64,000 bases of DNA from Verrucomicrobiales bacterium (GCA_031411295.1 JANOAV010000087.1:64001-128000); one strand, 5' to 3'; shown: positions 9,172 through 19,957, numbered from the stretch's first letter. Notes: a model not told the origin generated them from the sequence alone. Numbers and translations: made by a program.

Positions 9172-11910
9172 CTAATTTCCCAGCGAGGCTGGTTCATTCT
9201 TTAGTTTCAACAGCCCGTGGTCCAGCTCCAGCAGGTTGGCGGCGTTCTGTAAATCATTGGCGGAGAGGTCTTTGCAGCGGAAGGTGGTGGAATTAAACTG
9301 CCCTGAGCCTTTGACGCCTTGGGCTAAAATTTGAATGGCATCATCTACGGTGGAGGCCATCAATAATTCCTTGGCACCCGCCGCGTGGGCTGCGCCAGCG
9401 ATACTGGCCAGCGTGGAGGCGTCCCTCAGGGCTTTGGGGTTGGCTTTCGCTTGCCACGCGTTGTAGGCTAACTCGCCCGGTTTCCAACCCAGTTTGCCAT
9501 TCGGTGCCTGGATGATGTAGCGCAGGATGCCTTTGAGTTCCTCGTCGTTGAGCAACGGCATGCCGAAGAGGGCCATGGGCCCACGGTTGGTCTTGAGATT
9601 CGTTAGGGCACGACGAACGTAGGCTGCCAGATCCGGTATTTGCACCACTTTGTCCCCTGGCGGACTTGGGCAAAGGCTGAGGACGGTTTCGGCGTTGAGG
9701 CGGTTTCGGCCTTCTTCAGCCAGGGTGCGGATGTCATCGGGGAGGGAATCTAGATCGGGACGGCAGGCTAGATAGCCATCAGCGAAGGTGAGGTATTTGC
9801 GGATGCTGCGAAGTTCATCGGCATCCATTTCCGGGATTTGGAACTCCATGGCCGAGGCCCGGCCAGAGCCCTTCATGCCCCGCTGGAGGGCTGCGAGGGC
9901 TTCTTCCACAGTATGGACGCGTCTTGATTCCGGCGCATCCATACTGCGCGCTAAATTGAAGGCATGGGCCAGGGTGCGGGCTTGGGCGAGCGCTTTCAGT
10001 GGGCCTTCGTCGGTCACGGCTGGTTGGTAGAAGCCTTGCATGAAAATATTTACGAAGACCTCCCCACGAGGCACCTCCATGGCGGCGGCGGTGCGGGAGA
10101 CGCGGATTTCCGGGGTGCCCCGTCCACTGAGGCGGAGTTGCCCGGTGGGATCAGCTTGGTTGGTGATCATTTGGGTCATGCTCTTGAGGGACACGGTGGC
10201 GGCATCGGTGAAGGCTTCTTGTGAGGCCTTGGCCTCCTTGACGGCAAAACACTCACAGCTTGGTGGCTCGCCACCGAATCGCACTGCGAAGGAGCTGACG
10301 GAGCCGAGGTTGAGGGCGGTGCTCCCTTTGTTGGCAGAATTCTGCTGAGAGAGTTGGGATGCGAGTTGGTCGTCCACTTTGACGGTCCAGGCGAAGGCTC
10401 CCAACTGTTTGCGCATGAAATCAGGCCAGAGCGCCAAGAGGTTGGGCTGGTTCAAATCCACTTTGCGCTGGAGGCAGGTTTTGAGCAGCTTGGGATCACC
10501 CATGGCGAAGTTGCGATCATCCAGGGCCACGACTCCACAAAGCACTCCTTGGGAATTGCGGTAACGCAAAATTTGCACTGGTCCCAGACTTTCCGGTCCT
10601 TCGTCGTGGACTTGGGCTTCGTTAATCCAGTCACTGGCGCTGGCGCGCTTCTGGGTGGTGATGACGACGATCCCTGGCTTGGTGGGGTCATCTTGCACGG
10701 AAGTCAGGCGCTCTAAATCGAGAATTTTCAGACCGAAGTGCTTTTCCAAGTAGGCGCAATGCCGTTTGGGCAGCGGGAGGCCGCGGCGTTGGGCCTCGTT
10801 GAGATAGAAAATTTCGATTTGCGGGAATCCGAGGGAGAAGACGGTGGTGGCTTGATCCCAGATGAAACGCGGGGCCACTTCGGCATGGGGACGAGTGACG
10901 TCCAAGGAGGTATTGCGCACTTCGTCCCGGTTTTGGGCGATCAGTTTGGTGTTTTCGGCTACTGCGTCAACTGGGGGCTGCGGCCGCTCCCAGGCGGATT
11001 CGTTGGTGAAGACAGCACAAAAGAAATTCTCCATTTGGCGGCCCAGCGACTTCGCCCAGTGCCTGGCGGTGAGGGCTCCGATGACGAGGACCACCAGCAC
11101 GCCCCATTGCGCGGCTTGCAGGACCCGATTGGTGGTCATTTTTTCGCGGTGCTTCTGGTCGGCTTTCTTGCCGGTAATGCCGGTGAACTCGGTTTCGGTA
11201 GGGGGACGGGTGGCGTCACAGTGGGGCGGTTCTTGCTCGTCTATCGCCAGCCAAGGCGGCGGGGTCGGTTTGGGGAAGCTGGCTTCTTCGGAGTGGCGGA
11301 TGCGTTCACTGGGCTTAAGGCGGATGGGTTCCGGTTCGCTTGAGGGAAAGTTCGTCTTTTGGGGCTCGGCGGCTGGGAGCACTTCGAACACGGGCTCTGG
11401 AGGTTTGGCAAGTCCGGCCTGAGGCGGAGGCTGCTGCGCAACAGGCACAGCCAGGGGTTTCACCGCAGAGACAGGCGGAGCAGGTGGGCGCTCCTCGGCT
11501 GCTGGGGCCACTGGCGGACTGGCGAGCACCGCAGCAAAAGCATAGGGTGCTGGCGAGGGCGGGCTGGGAGCTGTCGCGGTAACAGCTGCCATTTGCATAA
11601 AGGCAGATGGCGTCTCGATCACGTTAGCTTTAAGTGCGTGCTCAAAGGTTAAGTGCAACTGCCCTGCGGAAATAATGTCGCCATGCGTTAGGCAAGTTTC
11701 CCGCACAGGTTGGCCGTTCACCCAGAGTCCGTAGCCAGAGCCGCTATCCCGCAGATAGAACCCATTTGGCTGCTGCCAAATCGCGAAGTGTGAAGGGGCC
11801 ACACCATAGACCGCTGGAATCATAATTCCATTAGCCGCATCGGAGCCAAACGTCACCCCTTGCGATGGGATGTCGATGGTGTGTCCGGTCTGTGCGATGA
11901 GCCTAGCCAT
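9172..11910 (-). CDS. FHA-domain membrane protein with three repeated C-terminal domains
   Basis: N-terminal FHA-like segment (TFGSD...VAPSHFAI...LRDSGSGYGLWVNG...LTHGDIISAG), Pro-rich linker, TM segment (WGVLVVLVIGAL), internal repeats. Confidence 0.75.
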   Translation of the reverse strand: MARLIAQTGHTIDIPSQGVTFGSDAANGIMIPAVYGVAPSHFAIWQQPNGFYLRDSGSGYGLWVNGQPVRETCLTHGDIISAGQLHLTFEHALKANVIETPSAFMQMAAVTATAPSPPSPAPYAFAAVLASPPVAPAAEERPPAPPVSAVKPLAVPVAQQPPPQAGLAKPPEPVFEVLPAAEPQKTNFPSSEPEPIRLKPSERIRHSEEASFPKPTPPPWLAIDEQEPPHCDATRPPTETEFTGITGKKADQKHREKMTTNRVLQAAQWGVLVVLVIGALTARHWAKSLGRQMENFFCAVFTNESAWERPQPPVDAVAENTKLIAQNRDEVRNTSLDVTRPHAEVAPRFIWDQATTVFSLGFPQIEIFYLNEAQRRGLPLPKRHCAYLEKHFGLKILDLERLTSVQDDPTKPGIVVITTQKRASASDWINEAQVHDEGPESLGPVQILRYRNSQGVLCGVVALDDRNFAMGDPKLLKTCLQRKVDLNQPNLLALWPDFMRKQLGAFAWTVKVDDQLASQLSQQNSANKGSTALNLGSVSSFAVRFGGEPPSCECFAVKEAKASQEAFTDAATVSLKSMTQMITNQADPTGQLRLSGRGTPEIRVSRTAAAMEVPRGEVFVNIFMQGFYQPAVTDEGPLKALAQARTLAHAFNLARSMDAPESRRVHTVEEALAALQRGMKGSGRASAMEFQIPEMDADELRSIRKYLTFADGYLACRPDLDSLPDDIRTLAEEGRNRLNAETVLSLCPSPPGDKVVQIPDLAAYVRRALTNLKTNRGPMALFGMPLLNDEELKGILRYIIQAPNGKLGWKPGELAYNAWQAKANPKALRDASTLASIAGAAHAAGAKELLMASTVDDAIQILAQGVKGSGQFNSTTFRCKDLSANDLQNAANLLELDHGLLKLKNEPASLGN

Positions 11911-12052
11911 TGGTAAAAAGAGTCTTCTTAAGGGTGGTAATTATCCCACCGGTTGCGGCAACGGTCAATTAAAAATATGGGAATTATGAAAAAAGCGAAT
12001 TATTTCTCAGGAATTCTCATATTTGCATGGAGCGAGTGAGGAACCGACATCG

Positions 12053-12775
12053 TTATTGCTTCCTTCTGGCTTCGACCTTTTGGGCCAATTGGAGGATCTC
12101 TGTCAGATCATTGGGCGATGGCTGCTGCGGGGCAGTCTGAGCGGTGACAGGTGTCTGGACTACGGGAGCGGCAGGCTTCGCTTCGGGGACAACAGCGTTG
12201 CCACGGGGGGCGACATAGGGGCGAGTGCTGTTGGCGGCCATAAGTGCGAGGTTCTCGGGGCTGCGCTGAACGGTAGCGGGGCGAATCTCCTCATTGGGCT
12301 GGGAATGAGTTGCCGTCAGTGATGGCAGGGAGGGCTCGGTGGCATTAGTGAGTAAGCTATCCTGCGCGCGGCGGGCCTTATTTTCAACAATCCCGGGTTC
12401 GGTCCCCGGCATCGGAGGCTCGCTGCCGACTTCCAATGGTAAGTCCTGTGGCAGGCTGTCGAGCGGGAGGTGAACCACCCGGCCTTGAGCGTCCGTCTTG
12501 ATCGCTGCCAAGGGGTTGCGGGAAATTCCTTGATGATTCGGTAGCCCGGCTGCAATCTCCTCTGGAGTCGGCATCGGCGCCTCCTCCACTTCCTCCAAGG
12601 CAACTCCGATGGGAAATTCCTCCTTGGTAACACTTGTCTGAACGGACCAATCCGCTTGGGTATAGCGCTGGGGTGCAGGCAGCTTGCAACTGTTCAGTCC
12701 GCAGCTCGCTGCGAACGCCAGAGCCGAAATGCTTAGTTGGCGAAGGCCGTTTAGTTTGGTAAGATTAAATTTCAT
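12053..12775 (-). CDS. Hypothetical Pro-rich exported protein, possible lipoprotein
   Basis: Hydrophobic N-terminus ending LNSC; fills the gap between neighbouring genes; low-complexity body. Confidence 0.55.
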   Translation of the reverse strand: MKFNLTKLNGLRQLSISALAFAASCGLNSCKLPAPQRYTQADWSVQTSVTKEEFPIGVALEEVEEAPMPTPEEIAAGLPNHQGISRNPLAAIKTDAQGRVVHLPLDSLPQDLPLEVGSEPPMPGTEPGIVENKARRAQDSLLTNATEPSLPSLTATHSQPNEEIRPATVQRSPENLALMAANSTRPYVAPRGNAVVPEAKPAAPVVQTPVTAQTAPQQPSPNDLTEILQLAQKVEARRKQ

Positions 12776-12856
12776 TTCCCACAAAATTAATTGTATTTAT
12801 GGAAATTATCAAGAATATTCTCAATAAATTCATGTAGTTTCAAATATTTCTCACAA

Positions 12857-13576
12857 ATGCTGCAACCGAGCGCCACAGTTTGGACGATTGCCCATCCCGA
12901 ATCGGGGGGGAGCATCGTGGAAAGCAACGAACGGAATGGCCTCAGTTCGGCTGAGGACCTGAGGGCGTCGAGGTTCCATTTTCCGCAGGATGCGGCACGT
13001 TACCGCTATTTTCATCAACGACTCCGCCGTCTGCTGGCGGATTGGTTACCTGACGGAGGGGACCCAGCGTCCCTGATTTTCGATGAAGGCCCTTGGGGGA
13101 AACCACAGCTGCGGGATTTTCCTGGCTGTCACTTTAATCTTACACACTCAGGCGGCAGTGCGGCGGTCGTGATCTCTGAAGCGGGGCCGCTGGGAATCGA
13201 TCTGGAACAGGTGGACGCAACTTATCCCTGCCGGGAAGTGGCGCAGAATTATTTCCAAGGTCCCGAAATCACTTCGGTGGTGGAGGCCAGTTCCCCGGAG
13301 CAAACCACCGAGCGTTTCTTTCGGCTCTGGACGGCCAAGGAGGCGGTCATGAAGGCAACAGGACTCGGCATGACCTTGGAGCCCAGGCAAATTATCCTCG
13401 GGTTGGATCCGGTTACGATGCTGCCCACAACGATTGATCGGCTGGATCATCCTGTTTGCGATGCTGCGGACTGGAAACTTCATTTCGTGACCGCACCCGC
13501 AGGTTTTGTCCTGGCGGTAGTCACGCCAGCTCAGGTATCACACGTGGGGCTTGCCACCGACCGCCATTGCTACTAA
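12857..13576 (+). CDS. Sfp-type 4'-phosphopantetheinyl transferase
   Basis: GKPQL, FNLTHSG, LGIDLE and FFRLWTAKEAVMKATGLG motifs; start set at MLQPS. Confidence 0.9.
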   Translation: MLQPSATVWTIAHPESGGSIVESNERNGLSSAEDLRASRFHFPQDAARYRYFHQRLRRLLADWLPDGGDPASLIFDEGPWGKPQLRDFPGCHFNLTHSGGSAAVVISEAGPLGIDLEQVDATYPCREVAQNYFQGPEITSVVEASSPEQTTERFFRLWTAKEAVMKATGLGMTLEPRQIILGLDPVTMLPTTIDRLDHPVCDAADWKLHFVTAPAGFVLAVVTPAQVSHVGLATDRHCY

Positions 13577-13637
13577 AGTCGCCATTTTTTCCGCCTTCCG
13601 CTTTAACCGCTTTATATTTCCTCCCCCTGTTCTCCTC

Positions 13638-14639
13638 ATGCCAAAAACGATTCGCCTCGAAAGCCATGCTCGTGCCGGCCTCATCGGCAATCCGTCGGAC
13701 GGATATTATGGCAAGACGATCTCCTTCATCGTGAAGAATTTTTGCGCTCGGGTGGAACTTGTGGAATCGAAGGAAGTGCACATCGTTCCCAGCCCGCGGG
13801 ATATTTGTAAATTCGACTCGTTGGAGAAATTGGTGCGCAACGCCCAACTTTTTGGGTATCATGGTGGCGTGCGTTTATTAAAGGGAGCGGCCAAAGTGTT
13901 CTTCGAGTATTGTCAGGAGCAGGGCCTCACCGTAGCAAATCGCGGCTTCACCATCCACTACATGAGCGACGTGCCGGAGCGCGTGGGGATGGCTGGGTCC
14001 AGTGCCATCGTGACCGCCTGCATGAAGGCGCTGATGCAACACTACGAAGTCAGCATCCCCCTGCCGATTCTGCCAAATTTAGTCCTCAGCGTGGAGCGGG
14101 ATGAGCTGAACATCCCGGCTGGCTTGCAGGATCGGGTGATCCAAGCTTACGAAGGGTGTGTCTATATGGATTTCGATCAGGCCAAGATGGAGCGCATCGG
14201 TCATGGCGGCTACGAGATCATCGATCCCGCCCTGCTCCCGCCGCTCTATGTGGCGTATGACCCTAACATGGGTGAGGGGACGGAGGTTTTCCATAACGAC
14301 ATCCGTTCCCGCTGGTTGCGCAAGGAGACACAAGTGGTGGATGCCATGCAGACGTGGGCTGGGTTAGCCCAGCAAGCCAGGGACCTGATCGTGGCAGGAA
14401 AAGGACGGGAAATCCACCCGCTGCTCAACGCCAATTTCGACCTCCGCCGCCAACTCTATCAGATTGCCCCAGGAAATATTGAGATGGTGGAAACGGCCCG
14501 CAGCGTGGGAGCCAGCGCCAAGTTCACTGGCAGCGGTGGAGCCATTGTTGGCACCTATGAGGACGAGAAAATGTATCTGGCGCTGGAACGCAAATTAACC
14601 GCGCTGGGACACAAGGTGCTGAAGCCGATTATTCAGTGA
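13638..14639 (+). CDS. GHMP kinase, glucuronokinase-like
   Basis: ARAGLIGNPSDGYYGKTIS, VPERVGMAGSSA (GHMP ATP loop), AGLQDRVIQAYEG, AKFTGSGGA. Confidence 0.8.
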   Translation: MPKTIRLESHARAGLIGNPSDGYYGKTISFIVKNFCARVELVESKEVHIVPSPRDICKFDSLEKLVRNAQLFGYHGGVRLLKGAAKVFFEYCQEQGLTVANRGFTIHYMSDVPERVGMAGSSAIVTACMKALMQHYEVSIPLPILPNLVLSVERDELNIPAGLQDRVIQAYEGCVYMDFDQAKMERIGHGGYEIIDPALLPPLYVAYDPNMGEGTEVFHNDIRSRWLRKETQVVDAMQTWAGLAQQARDLIVAGKGREIHPLLNANFDLRRQLYQIAPGNIEMVETARSVGASAKFTGSGGAIVGTYEDEKMYLALERKLTALGHKVLKPIIQ

Positions 14640-15924
14640 CGGTCTTAAACGGACTGCGGTCCGGCGGTTCATCGTGCGGGACTGAGTTCAGCAGGCCGCG
14701 GATGACCCAGTTCATGGCCGGCACGCGATGCCGCAGCCAGACGGAGAGTGCTTCCGGTTTGGCTCCTAACGCAGCCTTAGGCTCCAAGGCGGTGCGTCCC
14801 AACGAGAGCCGGGTGCAACCCCAAGCGATGGCATCAGCAATGGTGGCGTGCAACAACCGGAGGTAAATCGGCAGCCCGGTGCTGGCAACTTCCCGATCGA
14901 ATCCGATGTAGTAAGCGATGGCGGTGGTGCCATCACGCACGGTGGTAACGAAGCCCACGATTTCCTCACCACGTCGTGCGACATGGCAGCGGAAGTCAGC
15001 CCCCAAGGCTGTCGCCAGCGTTGGTAGGTAGGTTTCTGGCACGGTCACCAACTTCAATGCTGCGTTCTGTTGCACCTCACAATAGAGTTGGTGCAGACGC
15101 TCCCCGTGCGCTGAGACATCCCTCAGGGATTCAATCACCACGCCTCCGGCCGCCAGTTTCTTTAGCTGGGATTTGATGTTGCTGCGATACTTTGAGTCCA
15201 GGGCGGCCAGGTAATCTTCATAGGTTTTCCAGTGCGACTGGATCGTCAGCACCATGTCCGGTTCCGTCTCCAATGGTCGGTAACTCAAGCGATGCAGCGA
15301 TTCCATTCCGCTTTGGACGGGAGTGAAATCTTTCACCATGACCAAATTGGTCTGGCCGGTTAGTCGTTCCGCCCGTCGCATGCGATACAGCGCTTCTCCA
15401 ATGGCCGTCCAGATTTCCTGCAGGTCTGTGTCCTCCCCGTCCTCCGCGAAGGCGATGCCGTGGAAGCCCCAGCAGAGTAAATTTCCGGCCACGAGCATGC
15501 GTTGATTAAATTTCTTGGCTGCGATTTTGTGAGCAGGCTTGAGGAGTTTCTTTAGCAATGATCGCTTTGGCTTGGCAGCATTTTTTGCCTTGCGGTCCGC
15601 TACTGGGGGAAGTTGTTGGCCAGTGACTTGCACGATCTGTGCCGCCACGGCAGCCACTGCGTTGCCGTCACGAAAGACCATGGCATAACGTGGGGTGATG
15701 TTGGCAGGGCCCGCTTGCTCAATGACCCGCAAGACATCGCGTCGCATCCAGACGCTTTGATTTTGGGTCAGGGTATCCCATCGCTGCGCATCCAGAAACT
15801 CAATGGAATCCGCGAGCACGAACCCTAGTCCAGTGGACCGATGCCGCGCGGCATGGCGTTCGTGGGCGGTGGCAAGCTTGGATTTGGCCTGCTTCAAGGC
15901 ACGCAAGGGACGGGGGAGTTTCAT
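14629..15924 (-). CDS. GNAT-family (FemAB/BioF2-like) acyltransferase
   Basis: WKTYEDYLAALDSKYRSNI, YYIGFD, IYLRLL..TIADAI.WG...LSLGRTALEPKAALGA. Confidence 0.75.
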   Translation of the reverse strand: MKLPRPLRALKQAKSKLATAHERHAARHRSTGLGFVLADSIEFLDAQRWDTLTQNQSVWMRRDVLRVIEQAGPANITPRYAMVFRDGNAVAAVAAQIVQVTGQQLPPVADRKAKNAAKPKRSLLKKLLKPAHKIAAKKFNQRMLVAGNLLCWGFHGIAFAEDGEDTDLQEIWTAIGEALYRMRRAERLTGQTNLVMVKDFTPVQSGMESLHRLSYRPLETEPDMVLTIQSHWKTYEDYLAALDSKYRSNIKSQLKKLAAGGVVIESLRDVSAHGERLHQLYCEVQQNAALKLVTVPETYLPTLATALGADFRCHVARRGEEIVGFVTTVRDGTTAIAYYIGFDREVASTGLPIYLRLLHATIADAIAWGCTRLSLGRTALEPKAALGAKPEALSVWLRHRVPAMNWVIRGLLNSVPHDEPPDRSPFKTVTE

Positions 15925-15939
15925 AGAATTGGAAATGGT

Positions 15940-17766
15940 CTAAATCAGACCCTTACGACGCATGGCCGCCTCCATGGCTGCTTCCACCAGGGCCGCAGCC
16001 AGCGTTTCCGTGGCCTGATCCAATTGCGCGTTGGCGGCTTTGAGTGCGGTTAGGGAATTGCTGTTCAGCGCGCTTTGCACCGCTGTGGTGGCCTGGGAAA
16101 TGGCCGCTTGTTGCTCCAGGGAAATCAACTCACCTGCCTGTGCGCTGGCGGTGGAGACAGCCGTTAGGAGTTCCTCTGCTTTCAATCGGGCCTCGGTCAG
16201 TTGCCGCTCCGTCATGTCCTCGAAGGCATATTCCACGGACTCTGCGACCATCGATTCCACCTTCTCGTCGTCCACTTGCACCGCCGCATGGCGAATTTCC
16301 AGGACCTGATCCTGCTGGGTAAGGGTGTCGCGCGCCAGCACTTGGAGGATGCCGTCGGCATCAATCGCAAATTGCACGCCCACGCGCGCCTGACCGCGCG
16401 GGGCAGGGGAGAACGGCAGTTCCAGTTGGCCTAGTTCCCAATTGTCGCGCGCCATTTCTCGCTCCCCCTGCAGGAAGCGAATCAGCATGGCGCGCTGCTG
16501 GTCCACTGCATTGGTAAACATTTCCCCAGCCTTGCAGGGGATGGTGGTATTGCGTGGGAGAATCACATTCATCAAGCCGCCGAAGGTCTCGATTCCTAAC
16601 GACAGTGGTGTCACATCCAGCAGCGTCAATTGTTGCATGGCCCCGCTGAGCATCCCGCCCTGAATCACGGCTCCGAGCGCAATGGATTCGTCCGGATGCT
16701 GGGTGGTATTTGGCTCGCGTTGGAAGATGTCCGCTACAAAATTTCGCACTGCGGGAATGCGGGTGCTGCCACCCACTAGCACGACTTGAGACAAGTTCGC
16801 CACGGCACAACGCGCATCCGCCAGCGCTTGTAGGCACAGCCGTCGGGTGCGCTCCAACAGTGGCAGGATCAGTTGCTCAAACTGGGCTCTGGTAAGATTG
16901 GTGGTGAAACTTTTGGTTCCTGAAATGAAAGGCAAGCTGATTTCCACCTCGTCCATGGCGCTCAATTGATGCTTCGCCAGCGTGGCCGCTTCCAGCATGC
17001 GAGCCTGCGCCAGCGGTGGCACCGGTTCGTTCGCGAAAATTTCCCCCTGCAACCAGCCAGCAATCGCGCGATCAAAATCATCGCCTCCCAACTGCGTGTC
17101 CCCTTGGGTTGCGAGCACTTGAAAGACGCCCTCCCGCAACTCCAAAATACTTAGATCAAACGTGCCCCCGCCCAAATCAAACACCGCCACTTTGGCCTGC
17201 TCCTGTAAGCGTTCCAGGCCATATGCCAGGGCGGCTGCGGTGGGTTCGTTGAGAATGCGTTCCACTTGGAAGCCCGCCAACTCCCCAGCCCGTTTCGTCG
17301 CCTGACGCTGCGCATCATTGAAGTAAGCGGGCACGGTAATTACGGCCCGATGCACCGGACGCTCTAGCCGATATTCTGCAATTGCTTTCAACCGCCGCAG
17401 AATGATTGCGCTCACTTCCTCGGGCAGCAGCAATTGCTCATCCAGTTTGATCCGCAGCCGATCATCCGCCGCCGCCACGACCGGATAGCCCACGCTCAAA
17501 TTCAGCTCCCCCCGACGTTTCCCCATCAACCGTTTCACGGAAACGATCGTCCGAGCGGGTTCCGTCACCCGACGGCGCAAGGCAGCTGCGCCTACTTCCG
17601 GCTCACCGCCATCGCTGGGAAAATACACCACCGACGGTGTTAGGCGCGAGCCATTTTCATCCGCCAGTAAAATGGGAAAGCCCGCCTCCACCACGCCAAT
17701 CAATGAATTGGTGGTGCCCAGATCAATTCCCACAATCGTATCGTCGCTCGTCATAGCAGGGATCAT
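15940..17766 (-). CDS. hscA: Hsp70-family chaperone, HscA-like
   Basis: [53 protein letters not shown]; next to an HscB-like J protein. Confidence 0.8.
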   Translation of the reverse strand: MIPAMTSDDTIVGIDLGTTNSLIGVVEAGFPILLADENGSRLTPSVVYFPSDGGEPEVGAAALRRRVTEPARTIVSVKRLMGKRRGELNLSVGYPVVAAADDRLRIKLDEQLLLPEEVSAIILRRLKAIAEYRLERPVHRAVITVPAYFNDAQRQATKRAGELAGFQVERILNEPTAAALAYGLERLQEQAKVAVFDLGGGTFDLSILELREGVFQVLATQGDTQLGGDDFDRAIAGWLQGEIFANEPVPPLAQARMLEAATLAKHQLSAMDEVEISLPFISGTKSFTTNLTRAQFEQLILPLLERTRRLCLQALADARCAVANLSQVVLVGGSTRIPAVRNFVADIFQREPNTTQHPDESIALGAVIQGGMLSGAMQQLTLLDVTPLSLGIETFGGLMNVILPRNTTIPCKAGEMFTNAVDQQRAMLIRFLQGEREMARDNWELGQLELPFSPAPRGQARVGVQFAIDADGILQVLARDTLTQQDQVLEIRHAAVQVDDEKVESMVAESVEYAFEDMTERQLTEARLKAEELLTAVSTASAQAGELISLEQQAAISQATTAVQSALNSNSLTALKAANAQLDQATETLAAALVEAAMEAAMRRKGLI

Positions 17767-17772
17767 GGACAG

Positions 17773-18342
17773 TCAGTTCAGGAGACGCAACCGACGTTGT
17801 TGCACTTGCAGTTCCCATTTCTCCAAAAAGGCCGCCTCTTGGGCCGCGTGCTGGAGCAGGACTAAATCCAGCCCCTCCGCGTCCATCCGCGCCAGCAGCG
17901 ATTCCAATGTTTCCTGTCGTGCCACCAGCACCTGGGCTGCAGTTACGAGCACGTCTTCCGTGGTTAAGGCTTCCGTGGTTAGCAACGCCTTCGCCAAGGC
18001 CGAGGTGGCGGTGGCGGACTTCGCCAGGAACGCGTCCGCTTGCTGTAACGCTTGATTTACCAAGGCAAAGACCGTCATCAGCGATTCATCCAACACTGCC
18101 CCCTTCGCCACTTGGCCGCCCGCCAACTCCAGCAAATGTTTCAGCCGTCGAGGGCGTGCACTAAGCACCGCATAAGCTTCATTCACCAACTGAAATTCCG
18201 CCGCCCGCGCCTCGCGCTCAGCCGCATCCACGGCTGCATCAGGATGCACCGCCGCGCCACGTTCCTGAAACGCCGCCCGCGCGGCATCCAAACTGAGGGA
18301 CGCCTGCGGGGAGACTCCTAAGATAGTGAAATAATCAAGCAT
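17773..18342 (-). CDS. hscB: J-domain co-chaperone, HscB-like
   Basis: MLDYFTILG...VHPD...VNEAYAVL..RPRRLKHLLEL; directly upstream of the Hsp70 gene. Confidence 0.75.
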   Translation of the reverse strand: MLDYFTILGVSPQASLSLDAARAAFQERGAAVHPDAAVDAAEREARAAEFQLVNEAYAVLSARPRRLKHLLELAGGQVAKGAVLDESLMTVFALVNQALQQADAFLAKSATATSALAKALLTTEALTTEDVLVTAAQVLVARQETLESLLARMDAEGLDLVLLQHAAQEAAFLEKWELQVQQRRLRLLN

Positions 18343-18491
18343 GCCCGGACTAATTCGCACTCTGAGCCACATGCAAATCGATTCGTTTTTTTGCGTAATA
18401 AAATCGCGCTTTAAGGAACTTAATCTTGCCAGCGCGACAAGAACGTATAAGGTAGCAAACCACCCAATTTTACTGCCCAACCAGACCACCC

Positions 18492-19805
18492 ATGAACCCC
18501 GATTCATCCGCTCCTACTCCTCGTCTCAGTCGCTTAGCCGTTATCGGGGGCACTGGACTACTCTGTTTAACGGGGATTAACTTTACCGAGAACCAAAATT
18601 TACACGCGTCCAATCTGGGGCTGCGCAAATCCATCGAGCGCTGGGCGGCAGCCGATGAAGCGAAGGGGGCACAAATTGTTAGTTTAAACACCGTTCTCAA
18701 CGACACCAAGCAACTCCTGGCTGCCGAGCAGGTCGTCACCAAGAACCTAACGGCGGACAAAGCAGCACTCACCGGCAAGGTGAAGGAGATTACCGCCAAG
18801 CTGGATGACACCTCCAAGAAATTGACCAAGACCACGGGTGAGCTGACTGCGATGACGTCCAAGTCCGAGCAATTAAGCCGTGATCTGGCTGCTTCCAAGA
18901 AGAGTGAGGAACTGCTGAAGTCCGATGTGGCCGCTGGATTGCAGCGGGAAACGACCCTCAAGAGCACCGTCGCCACCTTGGAAAAGACGAAGGCGGACCT
19001 CACGACTGCGATTGCCAGCAAGGAACAGCAAATCAAGAAACTAGACGAAGAGAAGACCGCCCTGAACAAGGATTTGGCAGCTGCCACCCAGCAAGTGGCT
19101 GATGCCAAGGTGCGTGAAAGCAAGCTGCAAGCTGATTTACTAGCCACCAATGAAAAGGCTGCCGCCCAGGCCAAGGAAATTGCCGCGGCGGGCGAGAAGA
19201 TGACCCAAATGGACACCGGGACCGCCGCGCTGAACAAGGCCCTAGCCACCGAGCAAGCCAAGGCCGCTGCGCTCGCCAAAGCGAACGATCAGATCACCAA
19301 GGATCTGGCGGCCCTCCGCACCCAGAATGATGTTACCACCAAAGAGTTGGCTGAAGCCAAGAAGTCCGTGGAAGCCTTGAATCAGGAAAAAACCCAGTTG
19401 GTGACCACCCGGGATGAGCTGATGAAGAAGCTCACTGAACTGGATACCCGCGTCAAAGCCCTCCAAGAGCAAAACAAAGGCCAGCAAAACGCCAGTCAAC
19501 TTCTCAAGGAAGAACGTGATGCGTTGAACGATCAGGCCAAAAAGCTCAGCAGCCAGATCGAAGGCCTGAACCAGCAATTTGATGCCATGGCCGCTCAGCA
19601 GAAGGCTCAAGTCGCAGAACTCAGCAAACAACGCGATGGCCTCAAGACCGAGCGCGACCAACTGACTTCCGCCTGTGGCGAACTCATGAAGAAGCTGGAG
19701 CAACTCTCCGCGCAAGTGAAGACCCTTCAGAGCGATTTCATGGCCCTGCGCAGACTCAAAGAGGAAGCCAACGCCACGCTGACGACCCTGCCAGTGCTGC
19801 CGTAA
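18492..19805 (+). CDS. Membrane-anchored long coiled-coil protein
   Basis: N-terminal hydrophobic segment followed by ~390 aa of K/E/A/L/Q-rich heptads; host-like codon usage. Confidence 0.8.
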   Translation: MNPDSSAPTPRLSRLAVIGGTGLLCLTGINFTENQNLHASNLGLRKSIERWAAADEAKGAQIVSLNTVLNDTKQLLAAEQVVTKNLTADKAALTGKVKEITAKLDDTSKKLTKTTGELTAMTSKSEQLSRDLAASKKSEELLKSDVAAGLQRETTLKSTVATLEKTKADLTTAIASKEQQIKKLDEEKTALNKDLAAATQQVADAKVRESKLQADLLATNEKAAAQAKEIAAAGEKMTQMDTGTAALNKALATEQAKAAALAKANDQITKDLAALRTQNDVTTKELAEAKKSVEALNQEKTQLVTTRDELMKKLTELDTRVKALQEQNKGQQNASQLLKEERDALNDQAKKLSSQIEGLNQQFDAMAAQQKAQVAELSKQRDGLKTERDQLTSACGELMKKLEQLSAQVKTLQSDFMALRRLKEEANATLTTLPVLP

Positions 19806-19902
19806 ATGGCGACCGGTTAGGATCGCGCAGCACCAACTTGGGGCGGTCGAAAATTCTCGGAAGGCCTTTGGCTCGCCTTGGCGAGTAGGAATGGATGTTC
19901 GC

Positions 19903-19957
19903 AATGGCGGACAGAGTCACGCCACTCCCTTTGGAGTGGCGGAGTCCCTCCGCCATT
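19903..19957. repeat. Long imperfect hairpin between convergent genes (REP-like element or bidirectional terminator)
   Basis: AATGGCGGA..CGCCACTCC-CTTT-GGAGTGGCG..TCCGCCATT nested inverted repeats. Confidence 0.55.

Noticed and set aside
18470..19279. 269-aa minus-strand Ser/Leu/Ala-rich ORF
   Set aside because: Mirror of the coiled-coil gene on the plus strand.
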